Shown here: positions 39,686-52,034 of the stretch, piece after piece
Numbering within the stretch: the stretch's first letter is position 1
How the letters are laid out: every line of letters starts with the position of its first letter
Assembly: GCA_034780895.1 (NCBI GenBank)
Contig: JAUZTB010000066.1
Span: 11,898,291 to 11,962,290 of the forward strand
From: Rhynchobatus australiae
Taxonomy: Eukaryota
DNA: 64,000 nt
Direction: 5' to 3'
The notes under the pieces: model-generated
Seen by the model: only the letters and a program-made list of their open reading frames with translations
The model's database searches: none
What the model was told of the DNA's origin: nothing
Position numbers and translations under genes: made by a program

Positions 39686-40253
39686 GAACATAGAACATTA
39701 CAGCACAGTACAGGCCCTTCGGCCCACAATGTTGTGCTGACATTTTATCCTGCTCTAAGANNNNNNNNNNNNNNNNNNNNNNNNNNNNNNNNNNNNNNNN
39801 NNNNNNNNNNNNNNNNNNNNNNNNNNNNNNNNNNNNNNNNNNNNNNNNNNNNNNNNNNNNNNNNNNNNNNNNNNNNNNNNNNNNNNNNNNNNNNNNNNNN
39901 NNNNNNNNNNNNNNNNNNNNNNNNNNNNNNNNNNNNNNNNNNNNNNNNNNNNNNNNNNNNNNNNNNNNNNNNNNNNNNNNNNNNNNNNNNNNNNNNNNNN
40001 NNNNNNNNNNNNNNNNNNNNNNNNNNNNNNNNNNNNNNNNNNNNNNNNNNNNNNNNNNNNNNNNNNNNNNNNNNNNNNNNNNNNNNNNNNNNNNNNNNNN
40101 NNNNNNNNNNNNNNNNNNNNNNNNNNNNNNNNNNNNNNNNNNNNNNNNNNNNNNNNNNNNNNNNNNNNNNNCCACATCCTTCCTATAATGAGGTGACCAG
40201 AACTGAACACAATACTCCAAGTGTGGTCTGACCAGAGTTCTATAGAGCCTCAA
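39686..40253 (-). mobile_element. CR1/HER1 LINE 3' fragment (gap inside)
   Basis: [28 protein letters not shown] and the tail gggccgaagggcctgtactgtgctgtaatgttctatgttc. Confidence 0.9.
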
Positions 40254-41463
40254 CATGGCATGTGCCTCCTCTGCATGTGGCACACAACTACTTTGGAGGC
40301 CTCATAATTGTGCTGATCTGCTTGCTAATCCATTGGGGTTTTTGTGGAATTTAGATCTCCCTTGGCAATAAAAGCTTGCACAAAGGGAGAATGAACGCAT
40401 TGATCAAGGAGTTCTGCCGCTACAAACTGCAGATTATGCATGTACCATCTTGAGTATAACATGTCTCTTTCTGGGTTGTATTTCTTAACAGAATCTGTTT
40501 GAAAAGACCACCAGATATTTATATTTGTTTCGTTTATAGACATGAGGATTATTCTGAAGCTTAATTATGGACAGGATCCTGCTACTCCAAACACTGAAGG
40601 AATTTGGTTGTCATCAATACCTCTGCACAATAAATATGTGGTTTCTAGCACCAGGGAAATTAGAGTCAGTGATGAGAACAATTAGAAATTGAAAATGCTG
40701 GAAGTACTCATCAGTCCATCAACCATAGATTTGTAAAATTTTCATTAGAATAGTTAACAAAGTCTTTTAAAGAATATCTGCAAACACTAAGAACAATAAG
40801 GAGCAGCAGTAAAACACTCGGCTCTTCAAGCCTGTTCTGCAGCTCACCACCATCTTCTCAAGGGCAGCTAGGGATGGGCAGTGAAATGCTGGCTCAGCCT
40901 GCGAAGCCCCACATCCCTTGAATGAATGTGAAAAAAACCATAAGATCATGGCTGATCTAACTGTCAGCCTCAACACTGCTGCCTGATCACCATAACCCTT
41001 GATTCCTCTGGAATCCAGAACACCAGTGCAGCCTGAAATAGATAATGACTCAGAATCCACAGCCCTCTGGAGGAACAACTCCAAAGATTCAACTTGAAGA
41101 GAAGTTTCTTCTCACCTTTGTCTTAAAGGGACAATTCCTACTTCTAAATCCTCTCACTGGAGGAGATATCCTCAGTGTCAATCCTATTAAACCCCCTCAG
41201 AATCTTAGGATATAATCACCCCTCATTTTTTTTTAATTCCAAAGAATTTGGGATCAACAGCTCCTGCAGAATAACTCTGGACTGTTCCCTATCACCTCGT
41301 GATTCACTCACCTAGCTGCCTGACAGGGCATGATTAATTTGAAAGGGTTTTGTGTCCTGTTGGCAAGTACTCTGGTTATAGTGCCTTTCCTGCTTAGATG
41401 GAGTATATCCCAAAGTGGGATTGCCTCCTGTCAACTACCCAAAGGCAACTTCACACATGGTGC

Positions 41464-41529
41464 TGTAGCAGGGGAAATGATGGGATAGCGAATGTAAGGT
41501 CTGTTTTCTCTGGACAGAGAGCTCTCTCA
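41464..41529. repeat. 66-nt inverted repeat with 42438-42503 (one mismatch)
   Basis: tgtagcaggggaaatgatgggatagcgaatgtaaggtctgttttctctggacagagagctctctca is the reverse complement of 42438-42503. Confidence 0.95.
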
Positions 41530-41629
41530 NNNNNNNNNNNNNNNNNNNNNNNNNNNNNNNNNNNNNNNNNNNNNNNNNNNNNNNNNNNNNNNNNNNNNNN
41601 NNNNNNNNNNNNNNNNNNNNNNNNNNNNN

Positions 41630-41946
41630 GATGATGCTGCTGGGATAAGGGAAAAAGGGGACAGTGGTTACAGAAGTTAGAGAAATCGATGTTCATGCCA
41701 TCGGGTTGGAAACTACCAAAGAGAAAAATGAGGTGATGTTCCTCTAATCTGCACCTAGGCTCAACCCAGTAGTAGAGGAGGCCGTGGACAGACATTCTAG
41801 TGTGGGAATGGGAAGTGGAATTAAAATGGCTGGCCACCGGGAGATCCCAGCCGGTACGACCATAGATGCAGCCTGACCCGCTGAATTTCTCCAACTTTCT
41901 GTGTGTTGCTCCAGATTTCCAGCATCTGCAGTCTCTTGTGTCTCCA
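41630..41946 (-). mobile_element. Penelope-like element GIY-YIG fragment with oppositely oriented pLTR end
   Basis: Minus-strand PVASHFNSTSHSHTRMSVHGLLYYWVEPRCRLEEHHLIFLFGSFQPDGMNIDFSNF, plus the pLTR tail ccagatttccagcatctgcagtctcttgtgtctcc on the plus strand. Confidence 0.85.
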
Positions 41947-42503
41947 AAGTTATCAGTGAAATTATTGGACTGTCTGAACTGCATGGATACGATATTGGTG
42001 GCAAATAGGTGGACACAATGGACGTTTTCACAAAAGAAACACTTAATAGACGTGGCCGAGAAGGTAAAACTGATTAGGCAGGCAGATTGAGAGGAGGGTC
42101 CCTTTCATTGTTTGACTGCACAGATTCCAACTGCTTTCATTAGGTTGCAAGATCACCTTTTCTTGAACAACTAATTCACCCTGTAATCACTGTACAGTGA
42201 ATAAACACTGCAGTAATATACAATGCAGCTCCTTTGAGGCACTTTAAATTCACATGGTCAATATTATTTCAGAAATAGGTTCAATCTTTTTCAAGCCTTT
42301 GTCAAATAGTCCATCAATTTATATAGAGCCACACTTAAATTCAGCTGGTTTATGCCCATTTCTTGTATCTGCACAGATGATTCATCAGTGGCTTTATCCT
42401 CAAGGTCAGACCAAGGACAAGTTTTTGTTAGCTTGAGTGAGAGAGCTCTCTGTCCAGAGAAAACAGACCTTACATTCGCTATCCCATCATTTTCCCTGCT
42501 ACA

Positions 42504-42870
42504 TCACCCACACACTCCTCCCACTGGTTCCCCTCCCCACCTCCTTCCCTTTATTCCATGGTCCACTGTCCTCTCCTCTCTGATTCCTTCTTCTTCAGCC
42601 CTTTGTCACTTCCACCTATCACCTCCCAGCTTCTTACATCATTCTCGCTCTCCCCCTCCCCCACCTGCCCATCACCGCCCTCTCACCTGGATCCACCTAT
42701 CACCCATCAGCCCTGGCTCCACCCCTTCACCCCACCCTTTTCTATGGCTATCTCCCCTCTTCCTTTCCAGCCCTGATGAAGGGTCTCGACCTGAAACATC
42801 AACTATCCAGTTCCCTCCACAAATACTGCCTTACCTGCTGAGTTCCTCCAGCTTTTTGTGTGTTGCTCAC
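42504..42870 (+). mobile_element. Penelope-like pLTR
   Basis: C/T-rich body, cctgatgaagggtctcgacctgaaac and ctgctgagttcctccagc, all shared with other copies in the window. Confidence 0.8.
42769..42804 (+). ncRNA. Minimal type-I hammerhead ribozyme motif of a Penelope pLTR (core intact, stems I/III decayed)
   Basis: CTGATGA-A-GGGTC-TC-GACCT-GAAA-C-ATC contains the conserved CUGAnGA and GAAA boxes, a stem II hairpin and an NUH triplet. Confidence 0.6.
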
Positions 42871-43049
42871 TGATAACTTTCTTGCCAGCTGAATCAATTG
42901 GAATGCATTTGCAGCCATGAATATTCTTTCTGTATCTGTAGAATGATGTTGAATACTTCAGTTAAGCAGGCTTTGTTTCTGCTTGCTGTGTCTGGAGGAG
43001 GTGTAACTGGAGGGAGATGACTGATAGCAGTAGTGAGGGAAAAACATGC

Positions 43050-44100
43050 TGGAACTGTGAGCAAGTCCTGGAAATCTGAAATGAAAGAAAATGCTGGAAA
43101 TACTCAGCAGATCAGGCAGCATCTGTGGGGAGAGAAAACTGTTAATGTTACAGATGGATGATCTTATAGTTTGACGCAATTGGGAAAGGCTGGTTTTCTG
43201 AAGTTATTGAATACTATATTAAATCCTGAGGGCTGCCATGTGCTTGATGGAAGATGAGGTGTTGTTACCCGAACTTACGTTCGGTGTTGTTGAACAGTGC
43301 GGGAGGCTGAAAACAGAAAGGTCAAATTGCGAATGGGTTAGAGAATTAAAGTGACAGATGACGGGAAACTTGGGGTCGCTCACGTGGGTTTGCTGCAAAG
43401 CAGTCAATTTGCTTTTGATTTCTCCACTGTTTCAGAGACAAAAAGGTGAGTACTGAATGCAATACATTAAATTGGGAGTGCAATGAGTTGCTGCTCCACT
43501 TGGAAGAACTGTTTACTTTCCACCATCTGGAAACTCAAAGAGGTAAAAGGACAGGTTTTGTATCTCCTGTGGCTGCATGAATTTCTGTCATGAGGAGGTG
43601 GAGCTGAAAGAGTGAGCTAGTGAGTCTCAGAGGGAACAGTCCCTTCAGAATTGTGAAAGGGGAGGGGAAGGAAAGGTGTGGAAGAGGAAGAGACTTGCTG
43701 AATGGAGGAAGGTCCATTGATTATTGGGGCTGCCGGGATGGAGGGTAAGGACAAAGGGAACCTCGTTCTAGATGGGAGGAGAGTGGGTGAGAGCAGGTAC
43801 GGGAGAGAGAGGAGACACAGTTGGATGTCCTGTCAACAATGGTAGAGAGAAAACCACAGTTAGATAGAAAGGAAGACATCTTAAAGGCACTAGTGCAAAG
43901 TCTTATGGTCAGAATAGACGTGATGAGGATGGAGAAACTGGGAGAAAGGAATGTCATCCTGACAGGAGGCAGGCTGGGAGGAGGTGAAATCAATGTAGCT
44001 TTTGGAATCTGAGAGTTTATGCTGGGCAGTGGTAATAACCTGTCCACTGAGATAGAGTTAGAGATAGTTAAGAAGAGGAAGTCAAGGATTAGATATGGAA
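43050..44100 (-). mobile_element. Decayed Penelope-like element (RT C-terminus, GIY-YIG and pLTR)
   Basis: Minus-strand remnants FLSNCGFLSTIVDRTSNCVSS and FPVICHFNSLTHSQFDLSVF, with the pLTR end gctggaaatactcagcagatcaggcagcatctgtgg near 43090. Confidence 0.7.
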
Positions 44101-44899
44101 GATGGGAAAGTTATCTATATGCCAGGATACCATTAGTTATAAGCTTCCTTTAGTTCTGGCTAGAAGAACAAAGTCTGGGTGGAGCAGGACAAGAAAGGGT
44201 TCCTTGACTTGTCAATGGTAATAAACTGCAGCAGTGTTAGTTTCAAAGCTTCCAAATGTGGCAATTGACATTGATGTTGATGGTTTGAAAGTGCCAAATC
44301 GAGGACTTTCTCCAAGCATGTGTTTCAAACATTNNNNNNNNNNNNNNNNNNNNNNNNNNNNNNNNNNNNNNNNNNNNNNNNNNNNNNNNNNNNNNNNNNN
44401 NNNNNNNNNNNNNNNNNNNNNNNNNNNNNNNNNNNNNNNNNNNNNNNNNNNNNNNNNNNNNNNNNNNNNNNNNNNNNNNNNNNNNNNNNNNNNNNNNNNN
44501 NNNNNNNNNNNNNNNNNNNNNNNNNNNNNNNNNNNNNNNNNNNNNNNNNNNNNNNNNNNNNNNNNNNNNNNNNNNNNNNNNNNNNNNNNNNNNNNNNNNN
44601 NNNNNNNNNNNNNNNNNNNNNNNNNNNNNNNNNNNNNNNNNNNNNNNNNNNNNNNNNNNNNNNNNNNNNNNNNNNNNNNNNNNNNNNNNNNNNNNNNNNN
44701 NNNNNNNNNNNNNNNNNNNNNNNNNNNNNNNNNNNNNNNNNNNNNNNNNNNNNNNNNNNNNNTAAGGTCAGCTTTATGAATTTGCCATTTTTACCCTCTA
44801 GCCAGTACACACTGTAGCTTCAAGGATGCAAAGGCAAGACCACTGTTGTATAAGTTAGGAATTCCTAATATGGGTGTAAAAGAGGCAATTAGGACACAA

Positions 44900-45400
44900 G
44901 TCATTGATTGTCCCTCTAGACCTCTGTATTTTGAAGTGGTTGTGAAGTTCTGTACTCCATCAGAGATTGGACAGGTATGTTCCTTCTGTTGTTTGCACAC
45001 GGCCTCTGCACACATCCGTCACAGAGATCTGAGGTGCTTGGTGCCTTCCGGAATGCTCTTCCTCCATTTTGAGATGTCACAGGGCAGGAGTTCCCACGTC
45101 AGTGAGGTTGTTACATTGTTCTCCAAGGAAGCTTTGACAACATGTTTGGAGCATTTTCTTTACCTTCTTGAAAATGCCTTAGCACAACGGAGTTCAGAGT
45201 ATGTGTTTCTGGAATCTGGTGTCAGACATGTGAACAATATGGCTCAACCAGTGGAACTGATTGAGCACAATCAGTCTTGGCGCTGAGGATGTTGGTCTGG
45301 GAGAGCACACTGACAATGCTTCACCTATCCTACCAATGGATGTGCAGGATTTTTGTAGAGTTAGCATTGGTAGTACTTCTCCAGTGCTTTCAAATTCCTA
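44900..45400 (-). mobile_element. RTE (BovB-like) LINE 3' fragment
   Basis: Minus-strand QFHWLSHIVHMSDTRF...KHVVKASL resembles the RTE C-terminal motif QLRWAGHVVRMPDTRLPK...KDXLKASLK. Confidence 0.6.
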
Positions 45401-46600
45401 CTTGTTCAAATCAGTGAAGCGTACATTGGATGTCCATAAGACCATAAGATATCAGAGCAGATTAGGCCATTTGGCCCAACAAGCCTGCTTCACCATTCAA
45501 TCATGGTTGATTTATTTTCCACCCCATTCACCTGCCTTCTCCCTTACTAATTGAGAAACTATCGATCTCTGCCCTAAATATACCCAATGACTTGGCCTCC
45601 ACAGCCCTCAGTGACAACAAATTCCACAGACTCACCGCCCTCTGGCTGAAGAAATTCCTCCTCATCTCAGTTCTAAAGAGATGGCCTTTATTCTGAGGCC
45701 GTGCCCCCAGATCCTAGACTCTCCTAATTGAAACGCCCTCTCCATGTCCACTCTATCCAAATCCTATCTACCCTGTGTCAGGAATTGGTCATCGAAAACT
45801 CTTTTCCTCAGTTGGCATAAAATGGAAAGCAACAAAACATTGTTCTGCAGCAAGTGACACCAGAACTTACTAACAGTTCTGTATATTATCTCAGGTAGCA
45901 CTGAGTGAGATAAATGCTTAAGGAAATACTGAGCTGGGGGTGGAAAACTGGTATTAATAATCAGTCAAACATAATCCAGGAGTATCTCTTTCATGAGATT
46001 GGAGATTAATAATTAAATACATTAAACAGTAAGTTTCTTAATCATATACTTTTTTAAAAAGTACATAATGCAATCAAGAGCACCTGAAAACATAATATAA
46101 GTAGTTGATTTAATTTTTTGCAGGTCATCATCCTTGGCTCTAATATTTTCCAGGTCTTTACCACATTGTCGAGGAGACCTGGATATGGCGAGTGCTCCAA
46201 GACTAGTGATCTCATATGGCTGGTTGTCATTAAAGCAGTAACTGCCCATTCTGTGAACTGAAGGTAAATATTCAAGAGCTGTATTGCCCTAATCACATTT
46301 TTAAATTCCTATCAGTCCTGAAAGATGCCTCCTCTAAAACAGTGCTTTGAATGCAACTCCTCACCAATTTTCATTCTGTAAATCCAATCTGAGCCAATAA
46401 TCAAGTAGATTTACTTGTTGCATATTTAATCCCCTGGATCATGTAATTTTTGCTTGGAAGTGCAGTAACTTGTCCCTCGCAACCCATAAAATTAGGATTT
46501 TATTACAAGAAATGATCTTAAACAGTAAATTCAGTTGAGCAAGTTTAATCATTTTTGGTAATAAAAAAGTTTAAATATACATCTTTATAAAAAAGAGCAT

Positions 46601-46606
46601 TTTATT
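46601..46606 (-). terminator. Candidate TADA2A polyadenylation signal AATAAA (second copy at 46499-46504)
   Basis: Plus-strand tttatt just beyond the gap that holds the stop codon, in an AT-rich 3' region. Confidence 0.45.
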
Positions 46607-46990
46607 ATGCTGAATTCACACTACATNNNNNNNNNNNNNNNNNNNNNNNNNNNNNNNNNNNNNNNNNNNNNNNNNNNNNNNNNNNNNNNNNNNNNNNNNN
46701 NNNNNNNNNNNNNNNNNNNNNNNNNNNNNNNNNNNNNNNNNNNNNNNNNNNNNNNNNNNNNNNNNNNNNNNNNNNNNNNNNNNNNNNNNNNNNNNNNNNN
46801 NNNNNNNNNNNNNNNNNNNNNNNNNNNNNNNNNNNNNNNNNNNNNNNNNNNNNNNNNNNNNNNNNNNNNNNNNNNNNNNNNNNNNNNNNNNNNNNNNNNN
46901 NNNNNNNNNNNNNNNNNNNNNNNNNNNNNNNNNNNNNNNNNNNNNNNNNNNNNNNNNNNNNNNNNNNNNNNNNNNNNNNNNNNNNNNNNN

Positions 46991-47021
46991 CTCCGGGAAC
47001 CAATCGCACCATCTGACACAG
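46991..47021 (-). CDS. TADA2A: Visible start of TADA2A terminal coding exon, LCQMVRLVPG; the remainder lies in N gap 46627-46990
   Basis: Acceptor cttacctcatag followed by CTG TGT CAG ATG GTG CGA TTG GTT CCC GGA, identical to the recalled TADA2A LCQMVRLVPG. Confidence 0.93.
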
Positions 47022-47428
47022 CTATGAGGTAAGTGGAGGTGGGGTAGGAAGAAAAAAAAATCCACAAGCAACATTATTCCAACATATATTAAAATGTTTT
47101 ACAGAAATTTCCTCCAATTGTAGGAAGGCCATGTCATACCAGAACAATAAAACGCTTCACTCATCTTTCTTAAAATAGCAGTATTTCAAAAATTTCTATT
47201 TTAATGTGTTGTTGAGATATGACTTTCTGCTGCTTTCTCTTAAAGGCAAAAGTCATTGTAAAAACTACTAAAGAATATAAAGCTACATTTTGATTGGAAC
47301 TAGGGATAGCCTGAAGAAACTGGAAGTGTCCGAAGTAAAATTTGATTAGATTTACCTTATCCCTCCCCACCCATAAAACTAGGATTTTATATTCCCAAGG
47401 TTAGCAGCATAGAGACCGTCATCTGTAC

Positions 47429-47502
47429 CTCTTTTTCCTTATCATTGAGTTTTTCTGTTCCAGGTAGGCCCGTGAGGTTCAGTGGTGGTGCATTTCTCCT
47501 AC
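47429..47502 (-). CDS. TADA2A: TADA2A internal coding exon (74 nt), (G)RRNAPPLNLTGLPGTEKLNDKEKE, start of SWIRM region
   Basis: Acceptor gagcag and donor gtacag. Matches GRRSAPPLNLTGLPGTEKLNEKEKE. Confidence 0.95.
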
Positions 47503-49407
47503 CTGCTCCATCCATAACAAAAAAGGAAAACAAACGGAATTTCAGTAAAGAACAGTATGACAAAAATTTAATTTTCTACTCTTCATTCGACAGAAAGATT
47601 CATCTGCTGATAAAGCAGAGTGAAAATTGTTCTGCATTTACCATTTGCCTGAAGTATCTAGGGCTTAGTCACAAATGTGTTAATGAATAGGAGAAAGTTC
47701 TCAAGAGAAGGGAATTTACAGTAGGGCGTGATACGGTAATGAACTGAGCAATGAGATCAATACTGTACGAATAAGTGCATGGGATAGTCGTCCCTATATA
47801 AAAAGTGCACCAATTCTATTTGAAATACTTTCTCAAAGGCAATAAGGAAGGGGCAATAAATCTAGCCTTGCCAGCAACGTTCACTTCCTGTGAGTAAATT
47901 AGAAACTCAAAATTAGTGAACTACTCAAGCACTATGTAAGGTTGGTAACGTTACAACTATTGGGAACAGAAGGGAAGGACAGGAGCAAAGGATTACCGTT
48001 GCAATAGCTGGATAATAGAGGATCAGTACTCAAACATGAAACATTATTTCTTACTGGAAACATTACATATTACTGGGAAATTTAGCACCCTCACTGAAAG
48101 AAAATGCTTTAAAGGACCACGGGTCAGAAATAGATGACTTCATTCAACACTATAATTATTTAACTCCAGTCCCTTCAAGCATACTTCCAACTGGGGTAGG
48201 GATATTGCCCACATACTCACAGATTCACTGATGCGAGATTTCAAAAATAACTTGGGTGCTGGGGCTGACCTATCACTTTCAATTGCTGTCAAATATGCCA
48301 CGTATATTTAAAACATGCTGGGATTATGTTACTGAATCAGCATTTTTCATTTTTCGGAGGGAATGTATTTGTAAAACCCCTCAAGATTCTGTTCAACTGG
48401 AGCTGGTGCAGAAAATGGTGATTCCCAGCATAAAGAAATTGAGATCGGTGGGAAAGATTAACAATATGCTCTGCAGCCTTGAAATGAGGGGAAATGAATG
48501 GATATACAAAAGCTAAATTGAGAATATTACCTGTAATTCTTTCAATGGCATATTAATCTAAGTGAATCTAAGACTTTTAAAATTGGTGTTAGAATTTCTC
48601 AGGTGACAATAATTTGTAAACAAAGGTTAAACTTAAAAGATATCCTTGATACTGGCTGAGAAAAGTTAGGGTGCTACAGCAATGAGTTTTGATAAGATGA
48701 GAAATCCAAGTACTGCTGTGACTAATTAAGTCAAGCCAAGCAACAGAAGCAAATATTTGTTTGAACAGCAAAATTCTTAATGATGCCATGCATGTTACAA
48801 GGTCTGCAACACTGAATGGAAAGCTCACTGGGAATTGAAAGGAGGGTGGTCTAGACTATTAAGCTCACACTATTTCAAAGTACATTACTCTGTTCCAAAT
48901 GGTATGGCAGTGCTGCTGATGGACTTTTCCAATCTCTACAGTGAATATTAGAAGTCTATGCTAGAAATTGCAGGGAACCGATGGCATTTCTCGGTTTAAA
49001 GTACACTGAAATTCTAATATGCATGAATTTCTATTTTATGGCCACAATAAAGTGAAATCCTGTAGATTAATAACCCAGAATAGAACAAAAATTGATTGAA
49101 TGAATTAATGTTTTTTTTTATTTACAGTATTTTAAAAATACATTAAAAACAAGCCATCTTGTTTTAGTTCAGGATGTGTAAACCTAGTGTATGCAACTGT
49201 GACAATTAACTTATTGGATCAATGCAACCTCTGTCTGAAGCTATCTAGCAAGAAAGAATGACTCCAAGTATTTGTAAGAGAGATGGGGAAGCAAGCACTA
49301 GCTAGTTCAGCAGGTCTAATCTCTAACATATCATCAATTTGCTTTTCTGCAAGTTAAAGAGAGCTTCGTGCATTTCACATTCTTGGCCATGAACAGCAGC
49401 TACTCAC

Positions 49408-49451
49408 CTGCAGTAGAAATGATTGGTGCCACTGGGTTTAGTCCTGAATCT
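49408..49451 (-). CDS. TADA2A: TADA2A internal coding exon (44 nt), (I)DSGLNPVAPIISTA
   Basis: Acceptor ttcgtttcag and donor gtgagt. Phase 2 to phase 1 links the neighbouring exons in frame; resembles IDSGLSPSIPMASNS. Confidence 0.9.
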
Positions 49452-49859
49452 CTGAAACGAATAATACAAAAATAATGAAATTGGTACATTTCTAGAACGT
49501 GAAAGCCACTTCTCTCCACAAAATTAGGGAGTTGCCTTTTTAATGTGAACTTAAAAGTTGACAATTAGAACTGAGCAAACTCTTGCATTTTGCCCTCAAA
49601 ATTGAAAGGTATTCTCTCCTCACTGGAAATTATGCAGAAAATAATTAAGGAAATGCAAGTGTTCAGCAAGAAACAAATGCAACTCTGTCAGCAACTTCAT
49701 GGGAATTTTGTGTGTATTTTATAAATAATAGGGATTTTAATGAAAAGTACATGTTGAAATGCTGAAAAACCTTGTAAATATACACTACACACTGCATCCA
49801 AAATACTACAAAAAAAGTTCCAATATCACTCATTGAAAAATAGCTTTCCTGAAATCTAT

Positions 49860-51810
49860 ATTACAGAACACTTAAAGCAGAGGAGGTGGCTATTTAGGCG
49901 ACTGTGTCTATGTCCAGCCTCTACCATAGAAACTCACTTATTCTACCCCGGCATTTCTCTGTAGCCTTGCTAATTTTTCTTCACCATATATTTATCTAAT
50001 TCCCTCTTGAAGGCTGCAATGGAACTTTCTTCCATCACATAAGATTCAAACAACATGCTCTGTAAAATAGTTTCTCCTCATGTTTTAATTTTCTTCCTCT
50101 CTGGCCTTTAATCTTTGTCCCCCTCCATCAAAGAGAACAGTCACCCACTATCCACTCTGTCCAGTCCTTTTACGTTTTATTTATACTTCTGTCAAATCTC
50201 CCCTCAGCCCTCTCTTTACAGAAAACAATCTCAACCTCTCCAATCAATTCTTGTAACTTATCCCAGGAACCATTCTCGTAATTGTTTCCTGGACCATCTC
50301 TAATGTCCTCTTATCCTTCTAATAATGTGGTGACCAGAAATGAACACAATACTCCATATGAGGCAGAATTAATATTTTTAAAGGTTCAGAACATTTTCCC
50401 TGCTTTCATACTCTATGCCTTCCATTGATAAAACTCAGAATTATGTAAGCCTTATTAAACAATTTCTCAACTGGCTCTGCCACTTTCATTGATGTATTTA
50501 CCCATACCTCCATTTCTCCTAATCCTGCACTCCTCTTAGAACAGTATTCTTTGTTCCTCAGTTCCTCTCATTAATTTTCCTCCCAAAGTGTATCACCTCT
50601 CACTTCTCTGCATTAAACTTCAGCTGCCATATGTCTGCTTATTCCACCAACCTATTCCCTAAATAACCCTAAATGGCACAGGAGATGAGGGTTGAGGCAA
50701 ATCAGTCATCATCATATTGAATGGCAGGGTGGGCTTGAGGGACTGAGTGGCCTACTCACGCTCCCATTTTATCCATATTCTAATATTGCAATCTTCGCAA
50801 TCCCCTTCGCAGTTTACAGCACTGTCGAGTTTTGTGTCATCCACAAATTTAGAAATCATGGTCTGCACCCCCAAGTCTAAATCAATGTAGATCAACATTG
50901 ATCCTTGGAGAATGTCACTTTACATCTCCCTCCATTCTGAAAAACAACCGCTCACCATAATCCTCCATTGTCTGATACTTAGCCAACTTCATAGGCATGC
51001 TATCACTGTTCCATTCATGCCATGTGTTTAAATCTATAAGAAGGCTCACGCCAACATACATGGGACCTGAAGAACTTTTAACAAGTGGCAAGTGACATTT
51101 AGATCACACATGTTGAGTAATACAAGAAAAAGCTGCAAGACAAAGCCGCACAGTGGCACAGCTGGTAGAGTTTGAGAGACCTGGGGTTCAATCCTGTCCT
51201 TCAGTTCTGAGTGCGGAGATTGCACATTCGCCCTGTGACCTTGTGGGTTCCCCCAGGTGCTCTGGTTTCTTCCCACATCCCAAAGGTGTGCGGTTTGGGA
51301 GGTTAATTGGCTGTATAGATTTCTCATAGTGTGTATGTGAGGGGTAGAATCTCCGGGATGGTTGNNNNNNNNNNNNNNNNNNNNNNNNNNNNNNNNNNNN
51401 NNNNNNNNNNNNNNNNNNNNNNNNNNNNNNNNNNNNNNNNNNNNNNNNNNNNNNNNNNNNNNNNTATAATCTCTCCTCATTCTTTCTGCTAAAGAGAATC
51501 ACGTTACATTTCTCTGTGTTAAATTTCATCTACCAGGCATCTATCCATTCGAGCAGCCTGCCTATATTCTGCTGCAACCTATCAGTATTCCCCTCACTGT
51601 TCATAACACTGACAAGTTTTGAGTCAAATGCAAATTTAGAAATTGTGATTTGCACCCCTATGTCTAGGTCATTAATATAGATTAAAAACTGTACCCAACA
51701 CCAATCCCTGGGGAATGCCATTATTTACCTTCCTTCAATCCAAAAAAAAACCATTCAACATGACCTTCCATTTTCTGTTACCCAGACAACTTCATATCAA
51801 AGCTACCAAT
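49860..51810 (-). mobile_element. Cluster of decayed CR1 LINE fragments with a nested SINE
   Basis: FLIYINDLDIGVQITISKFAFDSKL, MKFNTEKCNVILFSRKN and ggtgaccagaaatgaacacaatactcc (YCVHFWSP on the minus strand). Confidence 0.75.
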
Positions 51811-52034
51811 GTCTCTTTTATGCTAAATAAAGTAGCTTTTATAGTTGTCAGAATTTGTGTATTTCTATCCACCTGAAATAGCTAAAGTATTTATGTTCTT
51901 CCAGCATTTGAAATTATTCCATTTCCCTAAAGAAATAAACTAAATAACTGCAAACAGTAGGTAAGATATGTAGGGTGCTGAAAGTATAAATTGTGAAATC
52001 ACTTTGCCTTTTTTTTTAATATAAATGAAAAAAA

